Below, one piece after another: positions 8,704 to 17,058 of a stretch of 47,241 nucleotides of DNA; the stretch's first letter is position 1; every line of letters begins with the position of its first letter. The notes beneath the pieces are model-generated. The model was not told the origin of the DNA, searched no databases, and saw only the letters and a program-made list of their open reading frames with translations. A program made the position numbers and the translations under genes. Origin of the DNA: an uncultured bacterium (GTDB lineage Bacteria > Margulisbacteria > WOR-1 > JAKLHX01 > JBAZKV01); the NCBI GenBank assembly GCA_964443545.1, contig CAYUCV010000010.1, forward strand, positions 1 through 47,241, in the 5' to 3' direction.

Positions 8704-8987
8704 TTATCTTTCTCCATTCTAACCGCTTTTACCGGCTTAACGGGACAGACATTTTCGCAGACCCCGCAGCCTTTGCAGTACCTGTAGTCAACGCCGTCAA
8801 ACTTTCCGTCCTTTACCTTGACCGCGCTGTCCGGACAGTAGATGTAGCAGAACAGGCAGTTTATGCAGAGTTTTTCGTCCTTTACCGGCTTTTTGGTCCT
8901 CCAGTCCCCTGTCTCAAATTCAAGAGCTGTGGCCGCTTTCAAAATATCGCCCTGCGGCAGCTCTTTCCAGCCCGGCTCTTTTGCCAT
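8700..8987 (-). CDS. porD: Pyruvate:ferredoxin oxidoreductase, delta subunit (2x[4Fe-4S] ferredoxin)
   Basis: Two Cys clusters, CINCLFCYIYCP and CKGCGVCENVCP. 95 aa, located between the gamma and alpha subunits. Confidence 0.9.
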   Translation of the reverse strand: MAKEPGWKELPQGDILKAATALEFETGDWRTKKPVKDEKLCINCLFCYIYCPDSAVKVKDGKFDGVDYRYCKGCGVCENVCPVKPVKAVRMEKDK

Positions 8988-8988
8988 C

Positions 8989-9579
8989 TTACTCCCCTTT
9001 CACTTGGTTGAAGGCGCCTTCAACTGCTTTCAGATTTCCGGCCACCACTTCCGGCTTTGACGCGAATTTTTTCTTAAGTTTGATCTCAAGGTCTTTTATT
9101 ACCAGATTAAAATCCAATAATCCGGAAGCTTTTATCAAAGCCCCCAGCATAGGGGTGTTCGGGATATCCCTGCCGATTGTTTCCGTAGAGATCTTTGAAG
9201 CATCAACTGTGAAAACCTTTCGCCCTTTAAGGCCTATTTTGTTCCTGACATCAGCCGGTGAATCGGAAGTATTGACTATCAGTATCCCGTCCTCTTTCAG
9301 CCCCGCAGTAACGTCAACCTTGCCCATCAGCGTCGGGTCAAGGACCAGGACGATGTTTGGTTCGGTTATTCCGTAATGTACCGTGATGTGGTCCTCGGCT
9401 ATTCTGTTAAATGAGGCAACCGGCGCCCCCATTCTTTCAGGCCCGTATTCCGGGAACGCCTGAATGTATTTTCCAAGGCTCATAGCCGCATCGCCGAACA
9501 AAAGCGCCGCGGTTTTGGCCCCCTGTCCTCCCCTGCCATGCCATCTTATCTCCGTAATTTTTTGCATCAGGAAATCCAC
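8989..9579 (-). CDS. porG: Pyruvate:ferredoxin oxidoreductase, gamma subunit
   Basis: EIRWHGRGGQGAKTAALLFGDAA...FPEYGPERMGAPV is the characteristic gamma-subunit N-terminus. Confidence 0.9.
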   Translation of the reverse strand: MDFLMQKITEIRWHGRGGQGAKTAALLFGDAAMSLGKYIQAFPEYGPERMGAPVASFNRIAEDHITVHYGITEPNIVLVLDPTLMGKVDVTAGLKEDGILIVNTSDSPADVRNKIGLKGRKVFTVDASKISTETIGRDIPNTPMLGALIKASGLLDFNLVIKDLEIKLKKKFASKPEVVAGNLKAVEGAFNQVKGE

Positions 9580-10265
9580 CTTTCTAAAGCGGGTAGGATC
9601 TTAATATCCGCCGCTATTATTAATAATATCACTATTAAAACCGGAATTAAAGTGAGGAGCACAGAAACTGTTTTGCCCGTCTTGTATATCTTTCTTGAGG
9701 CTATGCTCCAGAGGCCCCAAGCGTAAATGAGAGAAAGAACCATAACAATGTTGGCTCCTGTTGCAAAGTTCCCGAACGAAAGAGCCTTGTACCTTACCAG
9801 GACTGCCATGAAAAATATTAGGATAGAGAACAGCAGAACTCCGCTGGAATAAAAAAAGGCTTTGGCGCTTTCTTTTATATCGCTCTTTCCGTAAAAGAGA
9901 CGGAACACCGCGTCATTGATGACTGACAGCACCCCAAAACCGACAAAGGAGGCGGCAAAGACAAAAGCCCCGGTTATCAGGAATATTATGAAGACGAACA
10001 TGGCGCACAAAGCCGCAAAGACCGGCAGGATGATCAGGAACTTGAGGCCTGTGATCCCTGAAACGAGGCCAAGGAGTATCCATATGAGCTGTATGGCCAG
10101 TGCCGATGCCGAAATGAACAGCGCCAGTGTCCAGCTGACGGACAAAAGGAACGAAAGAGACATCTCCTTCCATCCGCTCTTTTCTATGAAAGTGTAAAAG
10201 TAGATCGGCCTTGCCATAAGTTTCCACCAGACGCCGAAAAATTCTTTAAGACCTTTTAGGTTCAC
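9567..10265 (-). CDS. Integral membrane protein, about 5-6 TM helices (possibly Yip1-like), function unknown
   Basis: Very hydrophobic 232-aa ORF. GTG start overlaps the recR stop (GTGA), and the 3' end overlaps porG by 13 nt. The family assignment is only a guess. Confidence 0.6.
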   Translation of the reverse strand: MNLKGLKEFFGVWWKLMARPIYFYTFIEKSGWKEMSLSFLLSVSWTLALFISASALAIQLIWILLGLVSGITGLKFLIILPVFAALCAMFVFIIFLITGAFVFAASFVGFGVLSVINDAVFRLFYGKSDIKESAKAFFYSSGVLLFSILIFFMAVLVRYKALSFGNFATGANIVMVLSLIYAWGLWSIASRKIYKTGKTVSVLLTLIPVLIVILLIIAADIKILPALERWIS

Positions 10266-10861
10266 AGTTCTCTCCTTCCTTCTATGGCTTTTGAGATAGT
10301 GGCTTCGTCGGCAAAATCCATGTCAGACCCGATTGGAAGCCCGGAGGCTATCCTGGTAAGGCGCACCCCCAGCGGCTTGAGTATCCTGGACAGGTAAAAA
10401 ATGGTGGTCTCGCTTTCGGTGGTGGGATTAAGCGCAACAAGGATCTCTTTTACGCCGTTCTTGAGCCTCTGCAGCAATTCCTTTATTCTAAGATTGTCCG
10501 GACCTATCCCGTCAAGGGGGGAAATTACCCCTCCCAGTATGTGATAAAGGCCTTTATACTCCTTTGTTCTTTCTATGGCTATCATGTCCTTGGGCTCTGC
10601 CACCACGCAGATCAGGCTCTTGTCCCTTTTTTCGTCCGAGCATATGGGACAGGGGTCCTCCTCTGTTATGTTAAAGCAGGAACTGCAGTGTTTAACGCTC
10701 TGCTTTGCCTTGACAACGGCATCTGCAAGCGCCGCTGCATCAGAAGGAGTTATAGAAAGGACATAAAACGCCAGTCTCTGCGCTGATTTGGGGCCTATGC
10801 CCGGCATCTTGCGGAATTCTTCTATGAGGTTCTCTATGGGACCGGGATAATATGAGGACAC
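10262..10861 (-). CDS. recR: Recombination protein RecR
   Basis: N-terminal HhH (LPGIGPKSAQRLAFY), zinc finger CSSCFNITEEDPCPIC, and a Toprim region. Follows ybaB as in the canonical dnaX-ybaB-recR arrangement. Confidence 0.95.
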   Translation of the reverse strand: MSSYYPGPIENLIEEFRKMPGIGPKSAQRLAFYVLSITPSDAAALADAVVKAKQSVKHCSSCFNITEEDPCPICSDEKRDKSLICVVAEPKDMIAIERTKEYKGLYHILGGVISPLDGIGPDNLRIKELLQRLKNGVKEILVALNPTTESETTIFYLSRILKPLGVRLTRIASGLPIGSDMDFADEATISKAIEGRREL

Positions 10862-10863
10862 TT

Positions 10864-11190
10864 TTAGCCGCCCAAAAGGCCGGACAACCCGGGGATATTA
10901 AAACCTCCGGCCGCTTCGTTCATTTTTTTGGCGGCAAAGTCCTTGGCCTTGCCAAGCCCTTCATTTGCAGCGGACCTTATCAGAGAGCCCAGTTTTTCAG
11001 GATCTGCCATGGGCGCCATCGAAGGATCTATCTTTACTTCAACCAGCTCCATTTCGCCGTTAACGGTCACTACCACCGCTCCCCTTGCGGCCCCGGTGGT
11101 AAAGGTCTGTTTTGAAAGTTCTCCCTGGACCCTTTTTATCTCGCCCTGCATCTGCTGCGCCTTTTTCAGCATCTCGCCCATGTCGAACAT
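10864..11190 (-). CDS. ybaB: Nucleoid-associated protein YbaB/EbfC
   Basis: 108 aa, MLKKAQQMQGEIKRVQGEL...VTVNGEMELVEVKID. Sits in the conserved dnaX-ybaB-recR context. Confidence 0.93.
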   Translation of the reverse strand: MFDMGEMLKKAQQMQGEIKRVQGELSKQTFTTGAARGAVVVTVNGEMELVEVKIDPSMAPMADPEKLGSLIRSAANEGLGKAKDFAAKKMNEAAGGFNIPGLSGLLGG

Positions 11191-11205
11191 TATTTGTCCT
11201 CCCTG

Positions 11206-12765
11206 CTACAGAACAACCTTCCCGTCAAACATATCGATTATATCATCAACCGAAATAGAGTTTTCTTCTTCTTTGCCTTTATTTTCGCTGCCGTCAAGCA
11301 GAACGCATTTTATGTTGATGTCGAGCCCGGCAACTTCCTTTATAGAGGACGCAAGGGCCAGTTTATTCTCGGCATCCTCGACCCTTGATTTATGAAAAGC
11401 AAAACCTTTGTTGAACTCAAGGACCAGAGCCCCCTTTTCGTCAAGCCCGGAAGGCTTTGCCTCGCAGAGCGAGACAAAACCGAAAAGGCTTTTTGACTTC
11501 ACCTTTTCAAGTATCTCTTTCCATTTTGACGCTACCGTTTCAAAAGCTCCGGAAGACGACTTCACGGCTATTTTTGCAGCGGGCTTTGCTTCCTTTTCTT
11601 CAGCCTTAAGCCTTAAGCCTTCGGGCTGAGGGCTGATGGCTGATGGCCTATGGCCTATGGCTGAGGGCTGATGGATAACGGCTGACGGCTTTGATGCAGA
11701 TTCAAGAAGCGCCACCTCCAGGACCAGCCTGCTGTTTGGGTGCCACTTCATATCTGTTTCCGCTCTCGAAACATCCCGGATCACTGCCTTTATCCTTTCC
11801 AGAGTATATTTCTGCGAATACTCCTTAAGCCTGGCAACCTGTTCTTTGGCCAGTTCCACCAGTTCGAGGCTGCCGATCTTTACAAGAAGCAGGTTCCTAA
11901 AATGGTAGATCAGGTCCTTGGCCAGCCTGGGAATGCTGACACCGTTTGAAATTGCCCTGTCAATAAGTTCCAGCAGGAGTTTTTCTTCGCCGTTAAGGAT
12001 AGCCTCGCCAAGGTCGAACAAAAATTCAGGCTCCGCGGTCCCAAGAACAGCCACAACATCTTTTACTGTTATCCTTCCGCTGCAAAAGGAGACCAGCTGG
12101 TCCATCAGCGATATGGCGTCCCTCATGGAGCCCTCGGAGGCCTTTGCAATAAGGATAAGAGCCTCCTCGTCTATCTCGAACTTTTCTTTTTTTGCTATCT
12201 GCTTAAGGTGCAGGGACACCTTTGCCAGGTCTATCCTGCCAAAATCGAATTTTTGGCAGCGCGACGAGATGGTGACCGGGACCTTTTGCGGCTCGGTGGT
12301 GGCAAGTATGAACACGGTACCTTTTGGAGGTTCTTCGAGCGTCTTGAGCAGGGCGTTAAAAGCCTCGTTTGAGAGCATGTGGACCTCATCTATAATGTAG
12401 ACCTTGTACCTGCCCTCAACAGGCTTGTACCTTATCTTTTCCCTGAGATCGCGGATGTCATCGATGCCCCTGTTGGAAGCCGCATCGATCTCTATCACAT
12501 TCATGGCAGAACCCTCGGTTATCTTGAGGCACTGCTCGCATTTTCCGCAGGGGGATGCCGTCATAGCCTCGCCGCAGTTAAGCGCTTTGGCAAAGATCCT
12601 GGCTATCGAGGTCTTGCCTGTCCCCCGCGGGCCGGTAAAAAGATAGGCGTGCCCCAGCCGGTTGTGCATAATGGCGTTCTTGATGGTGGTGACTATAGGC
12701 TCCTGCCCTATCACCTCGTCAAAGTTCTGGGAGCGGTATTTTCTGTATAAGGATATATGGCTCAT
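11206..12765 (-). CDS. dnaX: DNA polymerase III subunit gamma/tau
   Basis: LYRKYRSQNFDEVIGQE, Walker A GPRGTGKTS, zinc module CGEAMTASPCGKCEQC, DEVHML, SRC motif. Confidence 0.95.
   Translation of the reverse strand: MSHISLYRKYRSQNFDEVIGQEPIVTTIKNAIMHNRLGHAYLFTGPRGTGKTSIARIFAKALNCGEAMTASPCGKCEQCLKITEGSAMNVIEIDAASNRGIDDIRDLREKIRYKPVEGRYKVYIIDEVHMLSNEAFNALLKTLEEPPKGTVFILATTEPQKVPVTISSRCQKFDFGRIDLAKVSLHLKQIAKKEKFEIDEEALILIAKASEGSMRDAISLMDQLVSFCSGRITVKDVVAVLGTAEPEFLFDLGEAILNGEEKLLLELIDRAISNGVSIPRLAKDLIYHFRNLLLVKIGSLELVELAKEQVARLKEYSQKYTLERIKAVIRDVSRAETDMKWHPNSRLVLEVALLESASKPSAVIHQPSAIGHRPSAISPQPEGLRLKAEEKEAKPAAKIAVKSSSGAFETVASKWKEILEKVKSKSLFGFVSLCEAKPSGLDEKGALVLEFNKGFAFHKSRVEDAENKLALASSIKEVAGLDINIKCVLLDGSENKGKEEENSISVDDIIDMFDGKVVL
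11602..11693. repeat. Tract of about 10 tandem heptanucleotides (GGCTGAT-type), abutted by 3 copies of a partly complementary heptamer (GCCTTAA/GCCTTCG), inside dnaX
   Basis: Plus strand reads agccttaagccttaagccttcg ggctgag ggctgat ggctgat ggcctat ggcctat ggctgag ggctgat ggataac ggctgac. It encodes the heptad peptide PSAVIHQ PSAIGHR PSAISPQ. The two halves can pair as an imperfect hairpin. Confidence 0.85.
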
Positions 12766-12766
12766 T

Positions 12767-13885
12767 TTATCTGATATAAATCCTGGGGACCCTTTTCCCT
12801 ATCCCGCACACGACTTCGTAGTTAATTGAATCCATCAGGCCAGCAACTTCATCCGCAGTTATCTCTTCGCTGCCGTCCTTTCCGATGATCGAAACATCGT
12901 CCCACACCTCTATTTTATCATCTCCGGTTTCCACCAGGGTCATGTCCATGGTAACCCTGCCCACGATAGGATATCTTTTCCCCCTTATCAGCACCTGGCC
13001 CTTGTTGGACAGCTGTCGCGACAGGCCGTCGGCATATCCAACGGGCAGAGTTGCTATGGAAGTTTCTTTTTGGGTCACATATGTGGCCCCGTAGCTGAGA
13101 GGGGTCCCCTTGGGGACCCTTTTAATGTAGAGGACTTTTGTCTTTAATGAAAGTACTTTTTGAAGCACAACGGGGCATCTCTTTAGCCCCGGAGGATACA
13201 GCCCGTACATGGTTATGCCAAGCCTTACCATGTCCAGGTGGCTTTTTGGGAAGTTAAAGACGGCAGCGCTGTTTGCACAGTATTTAATGGGAATGGAAAA
13301 CCCTTCTTTCTTTATCAGGTCAAGAACCGACAGGAAAGCATCCAGCTGATTCTGAGTAAGGTTGTTTTCAAGGTCTTCCCCGCAGGAAAAATGTGTAAAG
13401 ATCCCCTCTATCTCGATAAAGGGAAGCCGTGCTATGTTTTTTATAAGCTCCGGCGCCCCGGAGGGGAAAACCCCTACCCTGCCCATTCCCGTGTCCACCT
13501 TTACATGGACCCTGGCTTTTTTACCCTGGAGGGAGGCACACCGGCTAAGCTCCTGAGCCATCCCAACCGTGTATACGGTCTGGGTGATGTCATGTTCTAT
13601 CACATGGCCGGCAAATGATGCCGGAGTCTCGCTCAATATGAGTATCGGGGTCTTTATCCCGCAGGAGCGCAGCTCCAGAGCCTCTCCAAGATAGGCCACT
13701 CCAAGATAATCGGCACCTGCTTTTTCGGCCGCTAGCGCCACCTCTTTTGCCCCATGACCGTACGCATTGGCTTTTACAATGGCCATGAATTTGGTGCGGC
13801 TTCCCAAAAAGGAGCGCAGGCTTTCGATATTCTTATCAAGAGCCTTTAGGTTTATCTCTGCGCGGGTAGGTCTAAAAGGTTCCAC
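12767..13885 (-). CDS. alr: Alanine racemase
   Basis: PLP-lysine motif AIVKANAYGHGA, 372 aa, with a conserved C-terminal beta domain (YEVVCGIGKRVPR). Confidence 0.93.
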   Translation of the reverse strand: MEPFRPTRAEINLKALDKNIESLRSFLGSRTKFMAIVKANAYGHGAKEVALAAEKAGADYLGVAYLGEALELRSCGIKTPILILSETPASFAGHVIEHDITQTVYTVGMAQELSRCASLQGKKARVHVKVDTGMGRVGVFPSGAPELIKNIARLPFIEIEGIFTHFSCGEDLENNLTQNQLDAFLSVLDLIKKEGFSIPIKYCANSAAVFNFPKSHLDMVRLGITMYGLYPPGLKRCPVVLQKVLSLKTKVLYIKRVPKGTPLSYGATYVTQKETSIATLPVGYADGLSRQLSNKGQVLIRGKRYPIVGRVTMDMTLVETGDDKIEVWDDVSIIGKDGSEEITADEVAGLMDSINYEVVCGIGKRVPRIYIR

Positions 13886-13887
13886 AT

Positions 13888-15735
13888 CTATCCTTTTGGC
13901 AGGGAAAAAATGAAGCTTGAGCCCTGCCCCGGGCCGGCGCTTTCCACTTTGATGCGCCCGCCGTGGGCCTCAACCAGTTCCTTTGCTATTGCAAGCCCCA
14001 ATCCTGCTCCCGATCCAAGGTCGCTTGTGCTTTTATCCACCTTAAAGTATTTGTCAAAGACCTTATTCTGGTCCTCGGCGCTTATCCCGATACCGTTGTC
14101 GCAGACCTCGACAAAGACATCCTTTTCGTCCTCGTAGGAGAGCACCCTGACAGAGCCACCGCTCTGCGTATATTTTATGGCATTGCGCACAAGATTGAGG
14201 ATGACCGCATGAACCTTTGCTTTATCGGCATGGACACTGCTTACGGACGGCGGCATCTCGTTAATAAGAGATATCTCTTTTTTCTGCGCCTGCGGCGCCA
14301 GCTCAAAAAGCACATCCCCCGCTATCTGAGAAACGGAGGCCAGCGTCATCTCCAGCCTGACCCTGTTTATGTCCGACCTTACCGCGGAAAAAAGCTCGTC
14401 TATAAGAACAACCATCCTTACCAGGTTCTGCTCCGCTATTCTTAAGAACTTTTCCTGGCCTGCGGCCACCGGCCCCATGATCCCGTCAAGGATAAGCCCG
14501 ACCGATTCTTTTATGGAAGCCAGAGGGGTTCTTACCTCATGCGACATCTTGGAAAGGAAGTCCTGCCTTGCTTCTTCCATTTTCTTGATCTCCGCCATGG
14601 CGGCTCTTTCTTTGCCCATCATCCTGGCATTGGACAGGGCCACCGCGGCCTGAGCCGCAAAGGTCATAAGAAGGTGTATCTCTTCCCTGTCTATAGGCCG
14701 CTTTGAGATAAGATTGTCAACGGCTATCATTCCGATGATATTTCCCTTGGCCCTCATGGGTACAACAGCGTTCTGTTTTACGCCCTCTTCAAGATACTGC
14801 TTTTGTATCTCCGTCAGGTCCTGATGGGCGTCTTCGGTAAAAAAGACCTCTATATCGCCGCGAGCCACTCTGGCAAGGCTGTTGCCTTCTTCGTTGAGAT
14901 CATAGACCTGATGTTCTATGTTCTCAGGTTTACCCCATCTGTCGACCCCAAGGCGCCCTCTGATTTTTGTCTCTTCTTCTTCAACCTCAAAGATGCCTAC
15001 CCTGTCATATCCAAGCCCCTCCTGGACACCTCTTATTATTGACCCAAGGACTTTGTCAAGTTCTATGTCCGAGGTAAGCTCACTTCCTATTTTGTAGACT
15101 ATCTCCATCTGTTTGTAGCGTCTTTTAACCTCAGCAGTGGCCTGGTCCACTTTTACTTCGAGTTCTTCGTTGAATTTTTTTACTCTCTCAAGCAGACGCT
15201 GGTTCTCGCACGCCACGGCCTCCGCCCGGTCTCTGGCCTTGCGCTCGAGATTAGAAAGATAGCAGGAAAGCAACAGTACAAATCCGACGGCGACCATTCT
15301 CCCGGCAAAAACAGGCAGATATGAAGCGTCCTGTGCCGAAGCGATAGTGCCTACAAAGTAAAGACCTGAAATAAAGATCAGAAGTTCTGCCCCGAGGGTT
15401 ACATTGACTATCATCGACGAGGAAACAGCGATCAAAAAGAACAGCGGCCAGAGTTCCGAGTTCATTCCCCCGGTGACAAAAACGGCAAGAGTGATAAGCA
15501 GCGAATCGACGGTCAGGGTAAGCGCGGACAGGGATGTCCGGTAGCGGGCTTTTAGAGCAAGTACCACTACCAGATTGTAAACAGCTCCAAGGACCAGGGC
15601 TATGGCGGCAAAAGGCAACGAAAATTCTGCTCCATGGGGAAGAAAGATCCAGACAAAAAGCCAGCCAAGGACTAACCATCTAAGACGCGACAGATAGACC
15701 TCTCTGAGGCGGAGCTGCTCAAAAGATGTGTTCAT
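13888..15735 (-). CDS. Membrane-bound sensor histidine kinase (multi-TM N-terminus, coiled coil, GAF, HisKA, HATPase_c)
   Basis: H-box FLSKMSHEVRTPLASI, N-box LVRNAIKYT, and G-boxes DNGIGI and GLGLAIAKELVEAHGG. No response regulator gene lies adjacent. Confidence 0.9.
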   Translation of the reverse strand: MNTSFEQLRLREVYLSRLRWLVLGWLFVWIFLPHGAEFSLPFAAIALVLGAVYNLVVVLALKARYRTSLSALTLTVDSLLITLAVFVTGGMNSELWPLFFLIAVSSSMIVNVTLGAELLIFISGLYFVGTIASAQDASYLPVFAGRMVAVGFVLLLSCYLSNLERKARDRAEAVACENQRLLERVKKFNEELEVKVDQATAEVKRRYKQMEIVYKIGSELTSDIELDKVLGSIIRGVQEGLGYDRVGIFEVEEEETKIRGRLGVDRWGKPENIEHQVYDLNEEGNSLARVARGDIEVFFTEDAHQDLTEIQKQYLEEGVKQNAVVPMRAKGNIIGMIAVDNLISKRPIDREEIHLLMTFAAQAAVALSNARMMGKERAAMAEIKKMEEARQDFLSKMSHEVRTPLASIKESVGLILDGIMGPVAAGQEKFLRIAEQNLVRMVVLIDELFSAVRSDINRVRLEMTLASVSQIAGDVLFELAPQAQKKEISLINEMPPSVSSVHADKAKVHAVILNLVRNAIKYTQSGGSVRVLSYEDEKDVFVEVCDNGIGISAEDQNKVFDKYFKVDKSTSDLGSGAGLGLAIAKELVEAHGGRIKVESAGPGQGSSFIFSLPKG

Positions 15736-15743
15736 TTACGCGA

Positions 15744-15772
15744 ATTATATCACGCGCTCAGGGTAGGTTCAA
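15744..15772 (-). promoter_or_regulatory. Sigma70-type promoter for the histidine-kinase/alr/dnaX unit. The -10 lies only 8 nt from the ATG (leaderless-type).
   Basis: Minus strand reads TTGAAC (15772..15767), 17 nt, then TATAAT (15749..15744) preceded by TGa (extended -10), then tcgcgtaa, then ATG at 15735. No Shine-Dalgarno sequence. Confidence 0.45.
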
Positions 15773-17058
15773 CGAGTCTCGTCCCTTCCGGTCCTGAGGC
15801 CGGCGCCCTGCTCGTTGAGTGCCCTGATAAGCTCAAGAGAGTTGAGGTCCTTTGGCAGTATCTGCTTCTTTACCGCCAGAGCGCAGGCTGCTCCCGCGGC
15901 CTGCCCCATCGCCATGCAGGTGGGCATGGTGCGCAGAGAGGACAGCGCCTCGTGCGTTGAAGAAACAGCCCTGCCTGCCACCAGCAGCCTCTTTATCTTC
16001 TGGGGCACCAGGCATCTGAAAGGTATCTCATAAAAAATGCCGGGCCCCAGCTTCTTGAACACGGTGGAACTGCCGGAGCCGGGATCGTGTATGTCGATGG
16101 GATAATTGCACCTTGCAATCGCGTCTTCAAATTTGCGGCCTTCGGTCACATCGTCTGCGGTAAGCGTGTAAAGCCCTTTTATCCTTCTGCTTTCCCGTAT
16201 GCCGGCCTGGCAGGCCACGCTGCTTATATAGGAAGCTTCAAATCCGGGAACGCTTGAGCGCAGGAACTCGAACAGGCTCTCGGCCTGTTTTCTGCCCTCT
16301 ATCTCCGCTTTGGAAAGGTCAAGCACATCTGTTGCGTCTATCCTTGGTATCCTTGTGGAGTTAAAATGCAGCGTCCCTTTTTGCGTTGTTTCGAACCAGA
16401 GCAGGTTCTCCCTGGGCGATCGGACACTGCCCTTCTTTTTTGCTTCAAGATATAGAGCGTCCATCTGTTCTCTTAAAGGCATCCTGGATTCGTCCACACC
16501 CGAGACCCTGAAGTTGAGCGTGGCAGGCTGACAAAGACGGTCTTTTTCCCTGCCCTGTTCAAAGGAACAGCCTGAAAGGGCCGCAACATCTCCGTCGCCG
16601 GTGGCATCGATCACCGCTTTCGCAAAGAACCTTAAGTCGCCGGACTTTGTACTGGCAACAACACCCTTTATTTCGTCGCCTTTCATGATAGAGCCGCAGA
16701 CAAAGGAATGATAGATGGTCTTGACCGAGGCCTTTTCAAGCAGCTCAAGAAGCAGCAGTTTTAGGACCTCAGGATCAAAAACGATGTGAGGCTGGCCGAA
16801 CAATTCCCCGTCAAGCGCGGCATTCTTTTCCCTTAGGGCCTTAACTATCTCTTCAAATATCCCCCTTACCAGGTCGCGCCCTTCAAATTTGGATACCATA
16901 AAAGGATTGACAAGACCCGCGGTAGCCATGCCGCCGGGAAAGCCGTATTTTTCTACAAGGACCACTCCGGCGCCGAGCCGGGCCGCACTGATGGCGGCAG
17001 CAACTCCCGAAGGCCCCGCACCGCAGATAAGTATATCGGTCGTTATGTCGTTTTTCAC
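15769..17058 (-). CDS. FAD-dependent oxidoreductase (FAD_oxidored / GIDA-like family), substrate unknown
   Basis: N-terminal dinucleotide fold DILICGAGPSGVAAAISAARLGAGVVLVEK...PGGMAT. 429 aa, with a 4-nt overlap with the upstream gene. Confidence 0.75.
   Translation of the reverse strand: MKNDITTDILICGAGPSGVAAAISAARLGAGVVLVEKYGFPGGMATAGLVNPFMVSKFEGRDLVRGIFEEIVKALREKNAALDGELFGQPHIVFDPEVLKLLLLELLEKASVKTIYHSFVCGSIMKGDEIKGVVASTKSGDLRFFAKAVIDATGDGDVAALSGCSFEQGREKDRLCQPATLNFRVSGVDESRMPLREQMDALYLEAKKKGSVRSPRENLLWFETTQKGTLHFNSTRIPRIDATDVLDLSKAEIEGRKQAESLFEFLRSSVPGFEASYISSVACQAGIRESRRIKGLYTLTADDVTEGRKFEDAIARCNYPIDIHDPGSGSSTVFKKLGPGIFYEIPFRCLVPQKIKRLLVAGRAVSSTHEALSSLRTMPTCMAMGQAAGAACALAVKKQILPKDLNSLELIRALNEQGAGLRTGRDETR

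Noticed and set aside
11602-11693. CRISPR array (also considered for 41737..41860 and 44908..44961)
   Set aside because: The repeat units are only 7 nt, directly abutting with no spacers. One tract is in-frame coding sequence, and no cas genes are present.
11560-11700. E. coli-type programmed -1 frameshift site (A AAA AAG slippery heptamer plus stem-loop) in dnaX
   Set aside because: A hairpin is present, but I found no X XXY YYZ slippery sequence in the correct frame 5-9 nt upstream of it. Only the heptamer-repeat/stop-trap observation is reported, and as a hypothesis.
15251-15679. Alternate-frame minus-strand ORFs inside the histidine kinase (15251..15679) and the membrane protein gene (9913..10227)
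   Set aside because: They overlap longer ORFs with clear domain content. Their Cys/Arg/His-rich composition is typical of out-of-frame translation.
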